The notes beneath the pieces were generated by a model. That model was given only the letters and a program-made list of their open reading frames with translations. It did no database searches and was not told the origin of the DNA. A stretch of 64,000 bases of DNA from Amoebophrya sp. A120. Taxonomy: Eukaryota > Protista > Dinoflagellata. Position 1 is the first letter of the stretch, and each line of letters starts with the position of its first letter. Below, piece by piece: positions 57,686 to 64,000 of the stretch. The stretch is from the NCBI GenBank assembly GCA_905178155.1, contig CAJINV010000009.1, positions 434,001 through 498,000 of the forward strand, in the 5' to 3' direction. Position numbers and translations under genes: made by a program.

Positions 57686-60640
57686 GTCAGAATTTAGTCT
57701 GTTTTCGTGTTTTCAAAAGCATCGCTTTCGAGCTGTATTTTCGCAGAATAGAGTGCGGCTTTCGTGTTTTCAAAAGCGCGCTTTTTTATTCGGGCGCGCT
57801 TTTGGCTTCTACGTTCTCTGGCGTGTTTGAAAGATCTGACGTGGCCTGCCGCTACTACTTTGCCGGCGCCCCCGCCTTCCTTCGCCGGCCTGTTGCCTGG
57901 TCCACTTCTTTGGGCAACTGCCACGAGCAGCGCTGGCGCTTTCTGCCCCCACCCCGCCGAGTGCATTCGCCCCACGTGCCGCTGCCATGCTTGCACCTGG
58001 CTGCAGTGGCGGGCGCCCCAGCGGGCGACAGGCTGCAGGGGCGCGCTTCCCCGTCCCAGACGCACGCGCCTACCCAAGTCACCATATGAATTTTCTTAAC
58101 AGTCCCTGTCCCGGCCCTCGCCCAGAATTCCCACACGCCGCCGCCCTCTGGTAAATGATTCTCAGCCCTCGCGCGGTTTCTGTCTCCAACGCTTTGAGGC
58201 CTGCGCATTCGCCTCCTGAGAACGAAGGATCAGGGCCGCGGGTTTTTCCTTGTCCTTCGGATACATATTTACCTGCCAAGCTGGGCTCGCTGAAGCGCAA
58301 CCGCAGAAGCAGTGTCTCCCCCTCACCCCGCACCGAAAGACGAGGGCACAAGCGCGAGGCCGCGCGCAACGAACGCGGTGCGGTCCGTGCGGCGAGGCTC
58401 ATCTAGCTAACATGTCGCCACGCAACCCAATCGCCCGCCCCCGCAATTATAGCGCCGCGCGCACCCGACCAAAGCGCGCAGCGTGCATCGCCTTCAGGCG
58501 GGCTGCTGTTATTTTCGCGAAGGCGAGAGAGGCAGGCTTGCGGGGCCAGGCGGGAATTAGATTCGGGCTTGGGGGGTCTCCGGGCAGGACCAGGAGCGCG
58601 CCGCAAGGCAGACTTCGGGCAGCGCCCCTGCCTGACTGGGCCGCCCTGGAGCCAGCTTCCGCGCCGGTGGCGGTCCTGGCCCTAGCGTTCAGGCTGGGGG
58701 AAGTAAGTGTTGCGTAGTATGGGCACTCCCTGCGGCGTCAGCTGCCGCCGAGTCGCCTGCGCTGCTTCTGGTTTTGCAAGTGCTATGGAGTGACCCCATG
58801 GCGGCGCGCTCGCATGGCGTCTTTTTCCTCCGGTGGCAGCAATGCACCGCGAGGCGGCTTGGCCCCAGTGTGCCTGCCGGCCTGTCGTGCATGGTGGCAC
58901 AGATGCCAGCAAGCCTCATGCGCGTCGGCCCTGCACAAAAAAACCGGGCCGCCTCAATGTCGGCCCTGTGTGGATACAAATGTGCGCGCTCATATTTTTC
59001 GAAGCCGCAGCGCGTTCATATTTTTCGAAAATGCGAGGGGTCCTAGTTTTTTTCTTAGTATTTTCTGTTTCTTGTAATATACCGACGCGTGCTATTGCTA
59101 ACGGTGAACGCCAAGCGCGCTCTTCCGCCTTACAGTCCTGGCCCCCTTGAGCGCGGTCATTCTCTAGTTATGTGGAATATTCCGCGCCGTTGTGCCCCCT
59201 CCACGGCGGCGCGAGATCCAGATACATTTGCTCTCGTCTCTCTCCATGGACGAGAATGAAGAAGCAAATCCAAATCAATAGAATCCTGTACGCTGTTGTT
59301 AACTTGAAGCTCAAGGTGGAGCGATGCAAGGCAAGAGCACGAACATGAAGATGAAAACTTAAACTACGCCCAGGCTCAGAGAAGTCACAGTGTGCGTTCT
59401 CTCGCTGTCTTGCTACGTCTTCTTCTTTTGCTTTTCGGTGGGTCGACAACCGATGTAATGATTTTCTGTGATACTGATATTCTCGACTTGCAATGAGAAT
59501 GAATTGGCCTGCGCGATCGACGGAGGGCCCTGACCCTGTGATTCATTTTCTGGGTTGAGTTGTGTCTTGGAGAAGTAGCGGCGCTGTCCCTCAAGAGCTT
59601 GAGCTTGTGGTCTTCGCAATCAAGTAGAACGAAACTTCATGTACTTAAAGTCAAATAAACTAAAAGCAAGTATACACATTTTGGAAAGTAGCATCAATTA
59701 CGATCTTAGACAGCATACTATGAACAAGAAGAAATTACATCGTGGAGGTCGTGATAGTATGGGCCCCGTTTTGCCGACCGGCAATTTTGCCCCGTCAGCG
59801 TAGTCATTGTTCCCCTTCGAGGACGAGCTGCACTTTCACTTCTGAAGGCTCTTCTGTCCGTGCGGAATCTTCACTGACGAGTCATGTAAGTGTGATGTAT
59901 GTACCTGTGAAGTAGTACATCCGATGCGCTTGCGGAAGGAGGCCCTGCAACGTCTACGAAACTTTAAGCCCCTGTGTGGTTGCACCTAAGAATCGGAATC
60001 CCGATAGGACCGACTCTGCACATGGCTTGTTTTTTTCGGATCATTCGGTCGTTGATCTAAACATTATTTTACGTGTAGTGCATTTGACAAGATCAAGAAC
60101 CTGAACCGCACGACTTCTAGACTCGGTGTCAGACGGACTGTCACCAAATGTTTCGGTACCTGGAGGCTGAAAAAGCCGAATCAATCTCTTTACATGTCTA
60201 CTCGTGAGACAGTTCAGATACTAGTAAATTTAACAGCTCAGCAGATCGGTCGGATTCAATCATGGTAGCAGCTCATCGGTCACAAGTATGTGATGAAGCC
60301 TATGCTCGTGCGGCATGGATTTTCCCGTTCTGAGAAGACCATCACGAATTCTATTTATTTGATGCTTGTTGCGTATTTCACAAGGAGGATCAACAATAAG
60401 CACAGAGAATGCAACCTCAAGTAGCCGATGAACTAAAGGCAACTAAAAGTTAACTTTTTTTCCGACTAGAAGACAGTGTCGAAGAAGTACCGTATTTCAA
60501 TTTCGTAGACACATCTATCTTTATTCTCGATTTCGAAGCCAACTTTTCGGACGAGCAAAAACGTCTATAACTCGACAAGCATAAGCAACTCGTTAAACCT
60601 AAACTTCTACTTCACAAGTAGTAGAAAAAGAGAAAATAAA

Positions 60641-63600
60641 ATGGGGGTAAATAGGGCGGTGATCTCGCCATTCTGGCTTGTAGGCCGCACTGATGTGCAG
60701 CAATCTCCACTTCGCGTACGTCTGTTCCGAAGTAGAGCAGCGGGCTTGCTCGCAGCTCTGGAGGTTCTTCTCGCAGGGCACTTTTTGTGTTTCTGGGTAG
60801 TTGTTCCTCCCGAAACACACCTGCTGGAGACGAGGCGTGTATATGGAGTGGGGTTGAAACCTCCAAAGAACAAGGGGAGAAAAAAGAAAGAAGGAACTGC
60901 TCCTCCTGGTGCTAATCCATCACGATCACCACCGGAAGAAGGAGCACCTGTTGGAAGCAGCGCAAGTGCCAGTGGGGATCGTGGACTTGGTGTGCCTGCG
61001 GCTGGGTCGGCCGCAGTTCGTCCTCCTGAAGAGAAACACCAGGAGCGCCGGTCCAGAAAGCGTAGCAGTAGTCGGAGTGCGTCAAGGCGGAGCGGAGGAA
61101 GTGGGCGTGGTAGGTCGAGAAGTCGCTCAGGTTCGAGGAAGAGAAGTCGAACGCCCTCTGCTGGAGCAGCCGCTGGTCGCTTCTCCCGCCCCGCGACGGG
61201 GACTGCAAGTCGGAAGAAGTCCCCAAAAAAGACTGAATCTCTGCAGCTTGGGCGATGCATCGCAATCGCAAGCTCTCTGAAGTATACATGTCACGATGGC
61301 GCAACGTCCTTAGACGCGCGTTGCAAGGACTGGTTCAAGAAGACGAGTGTGAACGACAAACACGGACTTGTTCTGCGCGGCATCGAGTTATTCCTGAAAA
61401 CCTACCAGCAGACCGTTCTGGAAAGCGACCCAATGTCAAATGATCGTTAAAAATCTTTTATTTCGTGGGACGTAGAGGTAAACGTCAACGTGCATAGATA
61501 CTATCGCCCAGGCCTTTTGTCATGTGGTTTCTGGCTGCAAGGTCAAGTCATGGAATGCTGTGAAAACAATGGCTATGCTTACCCACCTGGCACCTGCTTC
61601 ACCACGCATAGCACGAGTCATGCAGCCTTCTTCATTTTTGATACGCTAGAGCTTCATTTCTAACTTCCACGGCATATCTAGATCTACAGTCAGAAAAAGA
61701 AGAACAAAAAGGCCGCGGATCCGGGCCTTTCAGAAAAATTATGTATAATTGAGACTAGACGACCACAACAAGGAAGGATCAAGGATCAGCAACAGCCTGA
61801 GAATAGACGTTTTGCCGTTTTGGTTTTGCAAATAGAAGTACAGCATGGCATTGTTGCGCGACCGCTATGCAGGTAGACTTCGGGTCAAGTTTTCCAATCC
61901 GCTTTTCCTCCGATACCAATTTGCGCAGAACGAACTCCTGGGGAAGAAAGGCAAGGATCCACACGGAGGTGATAAAAACCCAGAGTTTGAAGAAAAAGCA
62001 TTGGAGCAAGTTGAGGCCGTGGCCTCTTCGCCTGCGTACCACATCGACAAAATGCCTGAGTCTCAAGCTTACCATCGCGTGGCGAAGTTTTGGAGTGCTG
62101 CTTTCGGAAGTAAAGCATTCCGATGGATTTACCTCCTGAAAAGTGATTATTACGCCGATGAAAAATGCTGCATTCCTCGACTGTCTGCCGCAGGCAACAA
62201 CCTCTGTAAAGTAGGGATTCGTAATTTATTTTTTTGCCATGAGGAGGACCTTCCACGACCACGTACAAATTTCACCGCCGGTGTTCACATGCACGCGATA
62301 GTAAATTTGCAGCGAAGATGCAATACATTTTGTAAATGAAAGTATATCGCAGCATTGGCATTTTTGGCCTCGTTGCCGTTCCTGGTGCATTTACTGAGCG
62401 CGAAGGGGACTACCACCAGTGAGTCTGTTAGTACATCAGAAGTTTCGCAGGACACTACCGAGGGACAGGCCTGCTATAGTACTACTTCAACTTCTGATCG
62501 TCCTCGGATCATGCCTTACAACATGTTTCGTGATCGTTGGGCGACAGCATTGGGGACAGGAGTTTTCTACTCCTCCATAATTGCCAGTGCAACGTCGTGG
62601 ACCGACAGGAGTTCGAAAGGCACGAGTGCAAAGATGTTCTGAAAATTTATGGCACAAAGACTCACGGGTACAGCGACGAAAAGGCGCGCGAACGGAGGGA
62701 CAAGGTGAAATGGTTTGTGGAAAAGGTGATCCGACCTCTCGAAGACACATTTCGAGATCGGCTCCAAAAAAAGCGACTGGAGCAACTCGAGCAGCGGAAT
62801 CAACAAGCACAGCAAAGTGCAGCAGGTACCGCTCCCGGCGCCGAAGATGAAGCAGAAACAGGCACGGACAGCGACGAAGAGATAAAGGAAGACGTGGACG
62901 TTGAAGAGGAAATGTATCTGAACGAGGACCAAGTCGCACGTGCTCAAAATATGAAAGCAATGCACGGCAATTGTGGAAGTGGGTGGCTGCTGCTGGTGCA
63001 GGTAAGTAGCTTTAATCATCCTCCTCCGTCCAATATATGAGGATTTAACACAGCAGCAAAACCAGTAGAAATTGAATTGTATATCCTCCTGCGCTTCCAC
63101 CTGGTAGCCATCGTGCCCACTTGCACCATTGTCGTTTTTTCTCTTTCGGGGTATAGATCAATGGAAGAAACTAATGGAAACGAAAAAACAACTGATAAGT
63201 GTTGCCAAGGAGCGTGCCAAGCAAACAAGCAAAAAGCTCGACGAAACTGCGTTGGAGCAAGGTATTAGTGCAGCAGATGAGGAACGTAAGCGAATCGCGG
63301 CGGACCAAGGTGAGAAAGGCCTCAGCAAAAAGTATGAAAATTCAAAAATTGAGCACGCACAAGCTTCGCGGGCCTTCTACAGAATGATCCGTCGGGCACG
63401 CACTGAACACCAGCGGAGTGTCAAAGGAATAGCGAAAGATCTGAAAAAGACCGGGAGGGACATGAAGAACGCAGAGCAGCTCGCAAATTATCTCCAAACC
63501 AAACTGCTATCCGGCAGCGGTGCGGCTGCGGTGGAGGACGCCATTGATCTCGGGGGAAGGCAGTTCGCAAACGAATATGGGAAAGCACATATGCTGCCGC

Positions 63601-64000
63601 ATTTTCTACAGGTGGTCAGCTCCTCGGGTTGTGACGCTTTAACGCTTGCAATTGAGGGTCGTCCGGCCGGTGCAGGCGACTGGTGCGAGCCCTTTTTGAA
63701 AACGAAGCTTCTGCAAGACCGCCTAAAAGAGATCCCCTCTTGTCGCATCTTTGTTTCGTCAGTGGAGTTCGCAAACTTGTTTCGCGTGCCTACACTCCCC
63801 GATCGGGGGGACGGTAGCGACTCAAAAACCGCGCGAGAGGATGACGATCATGCGCGGCGGAACTTTGACTTTCCCACGTCAGCCGCATCGGGGAAAGAAA
63901 AAGATGTGGAATTTTCTAAATGCCTTGTTTACGCGTACCGTGGCTTACTTTCGGTTTACGATGCAAGTATCCAGGCAGTCGAGGCCGCCGACGTTTCAAT
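60641..64000 (+). CDS. Hypothetical multi-exon gene (RS-rich N-terminal part, acidic/charged segments), probably running off the window
   Basis: Coding-like + strand segments at about 60820-61445, 61845-62215, 62540-63001 and beyond 63270; junctions unresolved, no family recognised. Confidence 0.35.

Overview
Eukaryotic, intron-containing genomic DNA. The compact GC3-rich exons, low-complexity protein insertions and TIR-bounded non-canonical introns suggest a syndinian dinoflagellate such as Amoebophrya (inference, not shown). All supported genes are on the + strand: a 7-exon P5A ATPase whose introns host three C/D-box snoRNAs, an intronless nucleotidyltransferase-methylphosphonate synthase (MPnS) fusion, an iGluR-like channel, an FYR/WW/B-box protein, an APE-RT non-LTR retrotransposon, a pirin, a coiled-coil protein interrupted by four TIR/TSD 'introner' elements, a dual-specificity phosphatase and several hypothetical genes, separated by four GC-rich repeat blocks. 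Top finding: an apparently eukaryotic MPnS with the complete 2-His-1-Gln plus Phe/Ile signature, fused to a cytidylyltransferase-like domain. Exon models were read by eye and family calls rest on recalled motifs; no searches were run.
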